A DNA stretch of 64,000 nt from Octopus sinensis (taxonomy: Eukaryota), in NCBI RefSeq assembly GCF_006345805.1, contig NC_042999.1:96658001-96722000 (forward strand). Reading direction: 5' to 3'. The translations under genes were made by a program, and so were the position numbers. A model generated the notes under the pieces. It made no database searches, was not told where the DNA came from, and was given only the letters and a program-made list of their open reading frames with translations. Below are positions 40,941 through 53,349 of the stretch, piece after piece; position 1 is the first letter of the stretch; every line of letters begins with the position of its first letter.

Positions 40941-41044
40941 CATCTTTCTTGCCTTCCTTGAGCTTCTACTAATACATTACATATACCACGTCCTCACGTT
41001 GTTGTGTTTTTGTGTTTGTTTTTTGGGGGATTTACTATATACAT

Positions 41045-41180
41045 ATAGTCGAACAAATTGACCCCTAGACTTATTCTTTGTAAGATTAGTACTTATTCTA
41101 TCGGTCTCTTGTACCAAACCGCTAATTTACAGAGACGTAAACACACCCAACATCGGTTGTCAAGCGATGGTGGAGGAGAA
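41045..41180 (-). mobile_element. SINE family B, 3' half
   Basis: Reverse complement matches 48640-48770. Confidence 0.75.
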
Positions 41181-41201
41181 ACACAGATACACAAATACAT
41201 A

Positions 41202-41298
<97 letters not shown>

Positions 41299-41579
41299 TA
41301 TACGAGGAGCATCTTTAAGTTTCCGTCTACCAAAGGGTGAGCAGAGAATAAAGAATAACCATTTTTTTATCAAGCAGTCATTTATGTTCTTTTTTCGCCC
41401 ATGTAACCTTTCCGCCGCTATTCAGGTGCATCTTCCGTATCTTTTACTCTATTATGATGCTACAATCGATCAAAGGCTTCATCCGGGAATTTTGACTGCT
41501 AGTTTGATTTCTACGAAATGAAAAATAAATTCACCCGAAAACACGTTTGTTTTTTATTTATTTATTTATTCAACTGCAT

Positions 41580-42680
41580 GGAATAACTCAGAACTTACTA
41601 TAATAAATATAGTATTAGCAGCTAAGAAATCAATCATACAATTTGATAATAAATACTGGATAAGAAAGAATACAAACAATAGTTTCGACATTAACATGTG
41701 ATCTACGGACTCGGCACAAGATTTGGTGGGTATATGTATACTGTTTACCTTAAATAAAGAATTTCTAGAACTAAGGGGTGGTCTATACAAGGATGATCAC
41801 TTTTCACCCTGGATAGCCCCTCTAATAGCCAACTGGAGATATATAAGAAGAGATTCTTTAAACTCTTTAGGAATGTAGGGCTATCGATTACAATTGAAAA
41901 GTCCACAGCTCCGTCAAATTCTAAGATATTAACGTCTTAGATCACAAAGTAGGTAAATATAAACACTACCACAAACCAAATACTAATTTAAAATACATTA
42001 ACAGAAATAACAATCATCCAGGAAGAATTACAGGAAAATTGGTCGAAAATATTTGAAGAAATAATTTCAGATCTCTCAACCGACGAGGAAACATTTAAAC
42101 AAGATGAAGATCACGATAAATTAGCATTTAGACCAAACATAGATTCTAAAACCGAGAGTAATATGCCAAATGAGCATTAAGAAATGTTATTAATAAAATC
42201 AACAGCAACTATAGAGATGTTGAGGGAAAAGTGGTTCGTAAAATAGACAAGAAGTAGAAAGTAAATAATAAGAAAGGACTGAGAATAATTAAATCAAATC
42301 CAATTAAAAAGAGCTCGGATATAAGATACTATAACAAAAATAACAATATAACTGTAAACCAAACTACCATGAAACATAATAATAAAAATAATAATCAAAA
42401 GGAAAATTTTAATAAAACATAAAACAATGTCCTATGCATAAATAGCACTAACTTCTATAAAAATGAATTTAAAGATTATAGAGAATGGTTTATCATGCCA
42501 TTCGGGAAACAAATGAACACATATCTCGAAATTATTTTATTCACTAGTTAAAAAAAAACACTTTTCCAGAATAATAAGTATTATAAAATATTTAGCTCGC
42601 ACAGATTAAGAGTAGCATCCTATAAATCTAAGAACAATGTACGAATAATCGCAGCGCAAAACGCTAAAAGACTGAATAAC
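41580..42680 (+). mobile_element. Decayed Hydra-clade-like PLE RT fragment (another subfamily)
   Basis: FDINM*STDSAQ..LVG, GLYKDD, GLSITIE, YKHYHKPN..YIN.N.NHP, KHF..NKYYKIF. Confidence 0.75.
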
Positions 42681-43089
42681 TTCTACGAAAACGGGAGTAG
42701 ATATAATGTAAGGGAATTACCAAATAACAATACAAGTAGAATTAATAGTAATATAGTCTATAGGAAAACAAAATATGGAAAATAACTCATAGTAACCCTA
42801 GACAAGGATTTAAATCGGTAAACTTACTATCTAAAATCATTAACAATATAATCGATAATGTTAACAATGTAAATAGCAACCTAAGGAATGAAAACAATAA
42901 CAAGAGCACTCATAGAGGCAACCAACGATTAACCGAAGATGAGATTTAAACTGAGAATATCTGAAATGTACTCGACTGCCCTCACAAACGAGAATACTAA
43001 AAGTGTTAGTGTGTATGTATAATATATAATATAAGGGAGATAATCAGAAACTGACTTGAACGTCAACGTAAGATCGTAATACTTCATGT

Positions 43090-43283
43090 AAATATAACAA
43101 ATAATCCAGAATCCCTGTCCGGTACCGGATCGATCCCAAAATCTAATCCGTTCGTGCCAGTTACGAGGCGAAACATCCTTGAAAGATTCATCCGAATCCA
43201 TCCTGAGGTTCTTGAGATATCTTGTCCACGGACAAACAAACACGACTGAAACGATACCTCTGCCTTCGCTAAGGCGGATGTAA
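43090..43283 (+). mobile_element. Helentron/HINE-like non-autonomous element, 3' part
   Basis: Ends gacaaacaaacacgactgaaacgatacctctgccttcgctaaggcggatgtaa (terminal hairpin), an architecture typical of HINE/DINE-1-like repeats; 5' boundary unclear. Confidence 0.55.
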
Positions 43284-43384
43284 TATCAACTAGCTGGACC
43301 CGTGAAAAATTCACAGAAAACATTGAAAATGTAAGATGCGTAAACAGTGTACTGGTGCCATGAGAAAGGTTTGTACATTATGAC

Positions 43385-43530
43385 CATCTGTCTTTATGTT
43401 CTGAGTTCAAATTCTGCCGAGGTCGACTTTGCCTTTCGCCCTTGGGGCTCGATAAATTAACTACCAGTTGTGTACTGGGGTCGATCTAATCAACAGGCCT
43501 CCTCCCTACAAAAATTTAAAACCTAGAAAA
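43385..43530 (+). mobile_element. SINE family A, 5'-truncated
   Basis: ctgagttcaaattctgccgaggtcgactttgccttt...ggggtcgatctaatc. Confidence 0.85.
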
Positions 43531-43689
43531 GTATACTGTAATAGTTACAGAATATATAAAGTAATGTAACACCAATGACTATATAATCTAGCCAAAATAT
43601 CTCATTTACATAAACGTAAGCGGAATTACTATTTAACCTTAGAATACATCGTACATATTCAAAGAACCCTCTTGGTTTAGTGGTATCCT

Positions 43690-43870
43690 TTTATTCTTTT
43701 ACTTGCTTCAGTATTTGACGGTGGTCCTGCTAGAGCACCACCCTTTAGTCGAAGAAATTGACCCCTGGACTTATTCCCTGTAAACCTGGTGCTTATTCTA
43801 TAAGTCTCTTCTGTTGAACAGCTAAATTACAGAGACGCAAACGCACCAACATCGGTGTGAAGCAATGGGT
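43690..43870 (-). mobile_element. SINE family B, 3' half
   Basis: Reverse complement matches 48650-48830. Confidence 0.75.
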
Positions 43871-43930
43871 GGTGGTGGTGGTGGTGGTGGTGGTGGTGGT
43901 GGGATAAACAGACACAAACACATACATACA

Positions 43931-43961
<31 letters not shown>

Positions 43962-44153
43962 GTATATGATGGGCTTGGAGGTAGTGGTGATGTTGGCTGG
44001 TGCAATTTTGTGGTTTGCTGGTATGCCGAGAGAGATCCAGCGCACAGTCATATACATGCTAACATACACATACATGCATACACATACACAAACACATACC
44101 TAGAGAGACAGACAGATAGACAGACAGTAAATATCAGATGACCCACAGCGAAG

Positions 44154-44204
<51 letters not shown>

Positions 44205-45301
44205 TACCTGTTGCTTTGCCATTTTCGTCTTATTCGATACCCTGACCCCAATGTTTGTATTGTCTGTCCTCGTATCGTCCTCTCTTTTTCTCAACCTCGT
44301 GGTTAATTAAGAAATTGGCTGGAATTGTTTTAGTTGTCATGAAAAGTGAAATTCATATCCAATATTTGCTGTGTGTAAGTATCTACTGATTTAAGTATCC
44401 ACCGTCTCTCTTATTCTCTCTTTCTCTTTCACTTCCGTTGTTCCCCTCTTCTCTCCCGTTTATTATTTAACAATGTGTATATGTATATATGTATTTACTT
44501 CTCTTGCGATGAACGCCGTCACCACTCACTGTCTCTTTCACTCTCTCTCTCTGTTTCTCTCCAAACAAGGTATCGGTCAAAAGGAATAGGGGAGGATAGA
44601 AGAAAGAAAGAGGAAGAGAAAATGAAAAAGGGGGCTTGATGGTGGTCAAGATATTGTGAGAGAGTGGTAGAGGAAAGCTATATGAAAAACAGCACGAGTT
44701 TAAGGAAAATAATTTGGTCTATTAAAGATAAAAATTAGGACTATACATTACCCTGGGAGATAATTAGACGGACAAAACCTTACAGCAGTGGGAGTAAAAT
44801 ATGTGAATTGTGTGTCGAAGTAATCTACCAGCTTATCACGTTAAGACTTAAATTAATTAAGCATAGGCGTAAAAGTTGTGTTCATCAAGCTAAACATATG
44901 TATAATAGGTACAAATAATTGTATAATAATTGATATTAAATAAAACTAAAATATAAGGTTAGTTAGAAATGTAAACTAAAGGTTAATTTAAAATAGCTGA
45001 TAATAAATATTATAGAGCAAAAATATGCTAACCAATTAATTGAATATCCGTAAAATTAAAATAGATTATATGAGCAGTATTTGAGAAATACCTACTTATA
45101 TTAATAATTATTATTAATAACGATAAAGATGTTAATAATAGTAGTAAGAACAATAATTATAGGGCTGCTCATGGGCGTAGTAATCGAATGAACAAGGGAC
45201 AGCAGTACTACAAACATTAATTACAGTAAATTGATGTTAAGAACTCAAAAATGATGAATAGTAATATGACTTACATTTATGGCAATTATTTTCTCCCTTT
45301 G

Positions 45302-46000
45302 ACCCTCACTTGAAACACACACATTCTCACCCAAACCACTCGCCAAAATAGAATATATATATACACACAAACCCACACACACACATGCACACCAAAAAGG
45401 TTCACACACACATCTATATACGCACATGCACAAGAAAAGACAGGGCTAAGGGCAACAATACAGAAAAAAGTGTAAAGAAGTATAAAAACATAAGCAATAA
45501 GAGTAAAACACGTCTATATACGCTCATACCCGTATGCACGCACACACTCACGTCTATATACGCGCATACCCGCACACGTCTATATACGCACACATACACA
45601 CGCAAAAAAGTTCATACACACGTCTATATACGCACATGCACAAGGAAAAAACAGGGCTAAAGGCGAAATACAGGAAAATGTGTAAAAAATGTATAAAAAA
45701 ACAATGAGTAAAACACTTCTATATAGGCTCATACTCATATAGAGATATTGTTTTATAGGTTTATTGCTCATATATTTTTTACACAAATTTTTTCTGTATT
45801 TTACTTTCCACCCTGCTTTTTCCCTGTGCGTATATAGACGTGTATATAGAATATTTTGTGTGCATGTGCGTATATAGACGTGTGTATGAACATTTTTGTT
45901 GTGCATATGTGTGTGTCGGATTGTATATATATATATATATTATATATTATATTTTTTGCCGAACGGTGTGGGTGAGAATGTGTGTGTTTCAAGTGAGGGT
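45302..46000. repeat. ~700-bp imperfect palindrome (foldback-like element)
   Basis: Terminal accctcacttgaaacacacacattctcaccc matches the reverse complement of the right end; internal cacgtctatatacgca modules in both orientations. Confidence 0.75.
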
Positions 46001-46219
46001 GGATGAGTGTATACTTATGTACGTGGATGTGTCGGCGCGCATGTGTAGGTATGGACATGTGCGCTTAGGCGAATACTATGAACATTTTTACCCCCTTACT
46101 TTTACACCCTCCTCTCACTTAGCGGCCATTCAAATAGCTCTTTTGTCTTAATAACCGTCAATCACACAGTAATTTCCCTTTGTTTAACGGTCATCTTCAT
46201 AGCATTTTTCTGATGGCCG

Positions 46220-46280
46220 GATAACTGAAGAGATGGCGGCGTGGATTTCCACCCCGACATCTGAAACTCGGAGTTTTATC
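46220..46280 (+). ncRNA. Type I hammerhead ribozyme motif, family H3
   Basis: gataa-CTGAAGA (46225) - gatg...catc stem II with inner cgg/ccg and gtgg/ccac helices - GAAA (46263) - palindromic ACTC-G-GAGT - GUU site - ttatc. Confidence 0.75.
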
Positions 46281-46389
46281 AACATCATCAGCATTTTCGC
46301 AGGTTGTCATCATAAGCAGCAGCATCATGACAATCATTATCATCCTCATTACCATTACCACCAGAATTATATAATTACAACTATTACTA

Positions 46390-46615
46390 CTGCTGCTAAG
46401 CAAAGATATAGACAAATGGCTGAAGGAGATTGGAATAGAATGCCCGGTAGCATTTTGTCTTTTAGGGATAGCAAGAATTATCAGGAGAGTTTTAAGCACT
46501 TGGAAGACTGCAGAAGGCTTGTGGATACCTAAGGTTACAGGTTGTAACACGCTACTCACATAAATTCTACCAGGAATAAGACTAAACCTAAGCCGAGCCA
46601 AAATAATAATAAAGA
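46390..46615 (+). mobile_element. R4-clade LINE extreme 3' fragment
   Basis: DKWLKEIGIEC...LGIARIIRRVLS, then 3' UTR and aataataat. Confidence 0.7.
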
Positions 46616-47460
46616 AATGGAACTGCATGGCCTAGTCATGCAACAAACCAGTAAATGTTTAAAGTGAAGCCCGGTGGCTTTATTTGACGGAGGGGAACTT
46701 GAAACGAGAAACAGAAACGTTAATTATAGACGTTCGGGAACAGGCCCTTAGGAGAAATCGGATAGAGGCAAAGATCGACAAAACTCAGTCAGGCAGCAAA
46801 TGAAGAATCTTCAAGAAGAGACGAGAGTATCGACACATTTTGAGTGAATGCAGTATACTAGCACAAAAGGAATACAAGTGCAGACATAACTGTATAGGCC
46901 AAAGAGTGTATTGGGATGTTAGTCGAGTATGAGGTTTCAAAACAACAGAAAAGTGGTATGAACACGAACAGGTCATGGTAGATGAAAATTACGAACGCTT
47001 GTGGGACTTTGCTGTAAAGACTGGTCATACTACTAAGGCAAGAAGACCAGACAAGATTACAAAAGACAAAATAACTAAACAGTGCAGAAGACAAAATAAC
47101 TAAACAGTGCAGAAGACAAAATAACCAAACAGATTTTGCAATTAAGTATGATAGCAGAGTCGATACCAAAGCAATGGGAAAAAAACTGAGAAATACTAGA
47201 TTCTAGTCTGAGAGCTGAGGAAACCGTAGAAGACCAAGACAACAATTATTCCTGTAGTAAGTTGTGCTCTTGGCACAACTCCTGAAATGATGCTGAAAAG
47301 ACTGAAAGAAATTAGAAATGAGACGCGCATTGTCGATCTGCTGAAGAGTACCATCCTATATTCTGCAAGAATCCTACGAAAAATTCTTGAGATTTGAGAT
47401 GCCTTATTGTCACCAAACCTCAAGCTAAAATACCTGCTAACTAAATTAGGATGCGCTAGC
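46615..47460 (+). mobile_element. R4-clade LINE 3' fragment (decayed CCHC plus RLE)
   Basis: LKRETETLI...EQAL, ECSILAQKEYKCRHN, LWDF, RRPD, LLKSTILYSARILRKILEI*; ~25-bp internal tandem duplication near 47065-47130. Confidence 0.85.
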
Positions 47461-47462
47461 GA

Positions 47463-47572
47463 ATGAAGAAGAAGAAGAAGAAGAAGAAGAAGAAGAAGAA
47501 GAAGAAGAAGAAGAAGAAGAAGAAGAAGAAGAAGAAGAAGAAGAAGAAGAAGAAGAAGAAGAAGAAGAAGAA

Positions 47573-47622
<50 letters not shown>
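47463..47622. repeat. (GAA)n(GAT)n microsatellite
   Basis: Direct reading; the poly-Lys/poly-Met ORF is an artefact. Confidence 0.95.
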
Positions 47623-47624
<2 letters not shown>

Positions 47625-47799
47625 GTTTCTTTTATTTCTCCCTGATAAGGGGAAATGCAAAAACTGATTTAAAGCGGCGGTATGAAATGATTCAAAGGAA
47701 AAGTTAAATGTATACAGGGTTTCCTTCCACCTTTTACGTCTACTTTCTTCTCGCTTTTTCTCGCATTTCCCCTTATTCAATCGTCCTGTTTTAGCATGT

Positions 47800-47895
47800 T
47801 ATGCGCCACGTGAAGGCACTAGACGTATTATAAAATGTTGTCTGAGATGTTTTCATCACACGAAACTATTAGTAGCTCATTAAAATATATAGTGT
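47800..47895 (+). repeat. Solo degenerate H1 pLTR/hammerhead remnant
   Basis: cactagacgtattataaaat...catcacacGAAACTATTAGTAgctc aligns with H1; CUGAUGA core lost. Confidence 0.55.
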
Positions 47896-48007
47896 TTAAT
47901 ATAATATAATTTAATATGATATAATATAATATAATATATATAATATAATATAATATAATATAATATAATATAATATAGCATAATATAATATAATATAATA
48001 AATATAT

Positions 48008-48094
<87 letters not shown>

Positions 48095-48370
48095 GTGTGT
48101 GTGTGTGTATGTATGTATGTACCGTTGCTATTATGCAATAGTGTCGTAAGTCCAAAACGTTGCATTTTCAGAAAAAGAAATAAATATTTTCACCATTCCC
48201 TAGCAAAACCGTTGCACTACACTTTGACAATTTTTCATATCTTGGCATCTAAAGTAGCTGGAGATACGATAGTTTAAGAAAAAGAACCGGTTATTGCAAG
48301 CAAGCAAAATAATTATTGAAAAAATGCATTTGGTCAAATTTGGACATACGACAGTTTAAGATAATAGCTA

Positions 48371-48421
<51 letters not shown>

Positions 48422-48432
48422 GTATATATATA

Positions 48433-48837
48433 GGCGCAGGAGTGGCTATGTGGTAAGTAGCTTGTTTACCAACCACATGGTTCCGGGTTCAGTCCCACTG
48501 CGTGGCACCTTGGGCAAGTGTCGTCTACTATAGCCTCGGGCCGACCAAAGCCTTGTTAGTGGATTTGGTAGACGGAAACTGAAAGAAGCCCGTCGTATAT
48601 ATGTATATATATATATATATGCGTGAGTGTGTTTGTGTGTATGTCCCTAGCATTGTTTGACAACCGATGCTAGTGTGTTTATGTCCCCGTTACTTAGCGG
48701 TTCGGCAAAAAGAGACCGATAGAATAAGTACTGGGCTTACAAAAGAATAAGTCCCGGGGTTGAGTTGCTCGATTAAAGGCGGTGCTCCAGCATGGCCGCA
48801 GTCAAATGACTGAAACAAGTAAAAGAGTAAAAGAGTA
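48433..48837 (+). mobile_element. tRNA-derived SINE family B, full length
   Basis: A-box-like tggctatgtgg, B-box-like ggttcagtcc, central (TA)/(TG) tract, gtaaaaga tail repeat. Confidence 0.9.
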
Positions 48838-48847
48838 TATATACTTG

Positions 48848-48965
48848 TATATGGTGTGTTGCGGATTTATGGAAAGAAATCCGATAAAATGGAGAAGAGG
48901 AGTTGTTTATCAAAATTGTTGAGTTTTATGGAATTTCTTTCCCTAAATTCACAACACACCATATA
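48848..48965. mobile_element. 118-bp hairpin MITE
   Basis: ~42-bp imperfect inverted arms tatatggtgtgttg...ataaaa / ttttat...caacacaccatata with TA at both ends. Confidence 0.7.
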
Positions 48966-49108
48966 AAAGTATTATTTTCATATTCCCCAGTACGCTACCA
49001 GCAAAATATGAGAATCTGTAATAGAAATCTTTTTTTGGAAACCTCCAATTAAAGGACAAATCTAATACAACCCTTTTATACATGCATATATATATATATA
49101 TATATATA

Positions 49109-49146
<38 letters not shown>

Positions 49147-49544
49147 GTATATGTATATATATGTTTTATAAGCGTGTTTGTGTCTATTATCTTTATATAT
49201 ATGTGACGTGTGTGTGTATGCTTGTGTTTGTGTGTGTGTGTGTATGCTTGTGTTTGTGTGTGTGTATTTGTGTATGTGTGTGTGTGTGTGTGTGTGTGGT
49301 GTTATGTACAGATACTCAACATAACAGGGCAAAAATATGCACTCTTCACGAGTTTATGTGATTCACTTCAGAGGAATGGACAGAAAGAACTAGAAGGTGC
49401 AAAATAATCCGAAACAACATTGCTTTTGTGCTTGCTTTCGTTTGTTAATGACTTGTTTTGTTTTTGTATATTTGTCTGTTTATTGTTTGTCTTGTGTTTT
49501 TCTATCAGCTTGCTTAATAAGGAGAAACTAAGAGTAACAGAGAG

Positions 49545-49580
<36 letters not shown>

Positions 49581-49922
49581 AAGAGACATAGAATGAGATA
49601 TACAAAGGGAGAAAAACAGATATTGTATGAGAATAAGAGCTGCTCTCTGCGATTCAGGGCTTTTCATGGTTGTATTACAATATATTCCAGTATACATATA
49701 GATGTTGTAATTATCATTCTTGCTGAGGATGTTGCTGTTGCAGTTATGACTGATATTTCACTCACATTCCTATACACACGCGCGCGCAACCATCGCCAAC
49801 AGCCCTGGTATGAACATCATCCCCGTTTTCTTGATCCTCATGGCATACTACCACAGAGTTCATAAGCATATATATATATATATATATAATATATACATAC
49901 ATGCATACATACATATATATTG

Positions 49923-49982
<60 letters not shown>

Positions 49983-50000
49983 ATATGCGTGTTGTATATA

Positions 50001-50085
<85 letters not shown>

Positions 50086-50260
50086 TAAACAAAACTGTCG
50101 ACGAACGGGAACGTGAAACACTGAGTACATTTTGCTGCCTTTTAATTAGGCATATTATTCCTTGTTTAGCCTTTTTTTTTTTTTTTTTTTTCGCATTCCT
50201 CTTGTTCGAATGTATGTGCTTACAAAAACACAAACCGGTATATATACATACATATATATA

Positions 50261-50298
<38 letters not shown>

Positions 50299-50604
50299 CT
50301 AGATGATGTCTATGTTAGAAGTCGTCTCATATACTCCATAAATTAACAGTAAAATACTCGATATACTTTTTAGTCTATCAATCTGTTATCGCAAGCCACT
50401 ATAAGTATTTTGGTATCAGACAGTTATATATCTCTAACTAGTTCTTTCTCTCTTCTTTCACTTTCACTTTCAGTCTCACAAAGTGAAAAGTGTTTATTTA
50501 AATTAATCAGACATATGCTTTTATTTATACCCACACACACACACATATGTATGTAATATATGTATATATATATGTATATATATATATCTATATATATATA
50601 TATA

Positions 50605-50646
<42 letters not shown>

Positions 50647-51028
50647 GTGTGTATGTATGTGTGTGTGTGTTTGTATAAATAAATATTATATGATGTATGT
50701 ACGTAAATAAGTATATATATTCACCGACACATATATACATGCAAGCACACAAAGGCAACCACCATACTATGGATGAAGGTTACATAACTTATAAATAACA
50801 TCGGTGTGATAAGTTGGCACGAGTTACGGTATGTTTACCAATATTAACATATCTTACGTTAAAATTGCACTGATTAGTCTGAGAACCCCCAATGAGGTTG
50901 GTAGAAAGCGTTGCTTACGGTTGTACACCTAAATCCATCTGGGCACATATACACACACACACATGTGCATGTACATATATACATTCATGTATACGTATCT
51001 ACATGTGTATGTTGTATGTATGTATGTA

Positions 51029-51078
<50 letters not shown>

Positions 51079-51085
51079 ATATACA

Positions 51086-51156
<71 letters not shown>

Positions 51157-51460
51157 TATGTGTGTGGTAGGTATGTATGTGTGTGTGTGTGTACAGAAAC
51201 AGGAGAGTGACAGAGATGGAGAGAGAGAGAGAAAGATAGATAGCTACTAACGCAAGTAAGTCAAAATTTCGATGTTACTGTTAGCGTTTTCCCTGTAAAA
51301 ATATATAAATATGCTACTCTGCTTTATGTGTGTGCGCGCGTGTATGTGTATGTATGCGTATAAATATATATATATATATATGCATGTTTATATAAATATA
51401 TATACAAATGCATATATACATATATATATAGACATATACATACAAGTACATATATTCAAG

Positions 51461-51672
51461 GATCAAAGTATACAGTATCAAAGAACCATTTCAACCGCTC
51501 TTACCAATCGAGATAGCACTGGGTATTAGATAACTGGATGTTTTATAACAGCACGATTGAATAATCTCTCTTAAGAGGACATTGTTTTACATAACCATAC
51601 TATACGATTATCCAATAGCCATTACGAAACCGATTGGTAAGATCGGGTGAATTGGATCTACATAACTGTATG
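51461..51672. mobile_element. MITE-like element
   Basis: ttcaaccgctcttaccaatcg versus cgattggtaagatcgggtgaa inverted repeat, extending outward imperfectly. Confidence 0.45.
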
Positions 51673-51915
51673 CTTTAATATATTCATTCTATTGGCAAAT
51701 ATACATGTGCATATTGTTTCTCATGCATGAATGAATTCTTAGACGTGAGTATGATTGTATGTATGCAGGTATGTATGTATGTATGTATGTATGTATGCAT
51801 GTATGTATGTATGTATGTATGTATGTATGTATGTATGTATGTATGTATGTATGTATGCATGTATTTATGCATGTATGTGTAAATATGTGTGTGTATGTAT
51901 ATATGTACTTATATA

Positions 51916-52136
51916 CATGAGGGATAGCTGGAAAGTTCCTGGCTTCAGGTAAAAGAAAATACAGGAAGACCAATTAATCATGATTTTATCCAACATATTA
52001 TCCTCTTAGATTCAAATATTTATTAAAGCGGTCCTTCAGTTCTTCTAAGTCCTGTAAAAGAATTCGGAAATTTGGGCCTCCAGACCAAGCCTGTCGTGAT
52101 ATCCTCAAAGCCAAGAACTTTTCAGTACCCCGCTCG
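51916..52136. mobile_element. Tc1/mariner-type MITE
   Basis: TA|c(a)tgagggatagctggaaagttc ... gaacttttcagtaccccgctcg|TA. Confidence 0.65.
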
Positions 52137-53260
52137 TATTTATATATATATATATATATATGATATCGGTGGCCTGATGATGTGTCGGTGCTATCTCTTG
52201 TAAGTCATTAAAAGGACATCAAGTCATCAGTTGTAACTGGTCTGTGTCTGGGCGTGCACTCTAAATAGTCTGACGACAACCGCTCATTTGTCCATCGTCC
52301 TAGTTCCTTCGAAATATTCTTGTGTGTATTCTGTTCATTAAGTATAGTCATGGACGGAATATCTACGAGTAGCGTTGAGATATTGTATGAGCTAATCAAA
52401 AGTAGAAGATCAGCGCCCGCAACCATTAAACTTTTGAGGCTGATGTGGGAAATTAGATTTTAAAAAATATGATCTGTTGATCATTCCAGTAGGATTCAGT
52501 GTTATCCTGAAGTTGGAAATGCTGCATAAATGCTTGCCACAGGAACCCAAAGGTGATGCTAAACAAATAGCGTATTTGGCCAAATTGTTCCAGGATTGAG
52601 GTCTAATACTTCAAGTGCTTACGTGACTCTCAGTAACAATACAAGGAATTTTAAACACGCCGATGTATTATAGGGTGTTCGGTATAAATTTGATTTTTTT
52701 TTTTTCAGAAACAGCTTGATATATTATTTGTTGTATTAGTAAACAAACAATGGCATACGGGTCCATAACGATTAAAGTTGTATTTGAGAAAGTTAGCTGA
52801 CATGGAGGACAGGAAATCATTCAAATATTGGAAAAGAGTTACCTGTATCAAGAGGATTCGCGCCATGTACCAAAATTGATTGCTGCTCAGTGCTATGTAA
52901 ATATCGTGAAAGTTGAAGACATGTCATGAGTATCATGAAAACACGTTCCCTCAAATTGTGATAGTTATTGTGTATTTCTCCAGTAAATATGACGTCATGG
53001 TGTGACACATCTTAGAATAGGACCTTGTGATAGTTATTGTGTATTTCTCCAGTAAGGAGAATACATCTGAAAATTTAAAGTGTGTCTTCTCTTTTTACAT
53101 GTATACATGTATATATACTTTGTACATTTAAACCCAAGATCTTTATCTGTTTATTATAGCCACTGCTGACTTGGTCCCCGATAAAGTTACTGATTTCTAT
53201 ATTGAGATTCTGTCGATCTCATCCCTTGATTTTCTCTCTGTCTCTCTTTCTCTCTCTCTT

Positions 53261-53305
<45 letters not shown>

Positions 53306-53349
53306 AAATATATATATATTTAGATATATATATATATAATATATATATA

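Noticed and set aside
52956-53055. Repeat-spacer-repeat resembling CRISPR (31-bp repeat, 38-bp spacer); also the 29.3-29.8 kb array
   Set aside because: Only two repeats, eukaryotic context, no cas genes; the 29-kb units are irregular and degenerate
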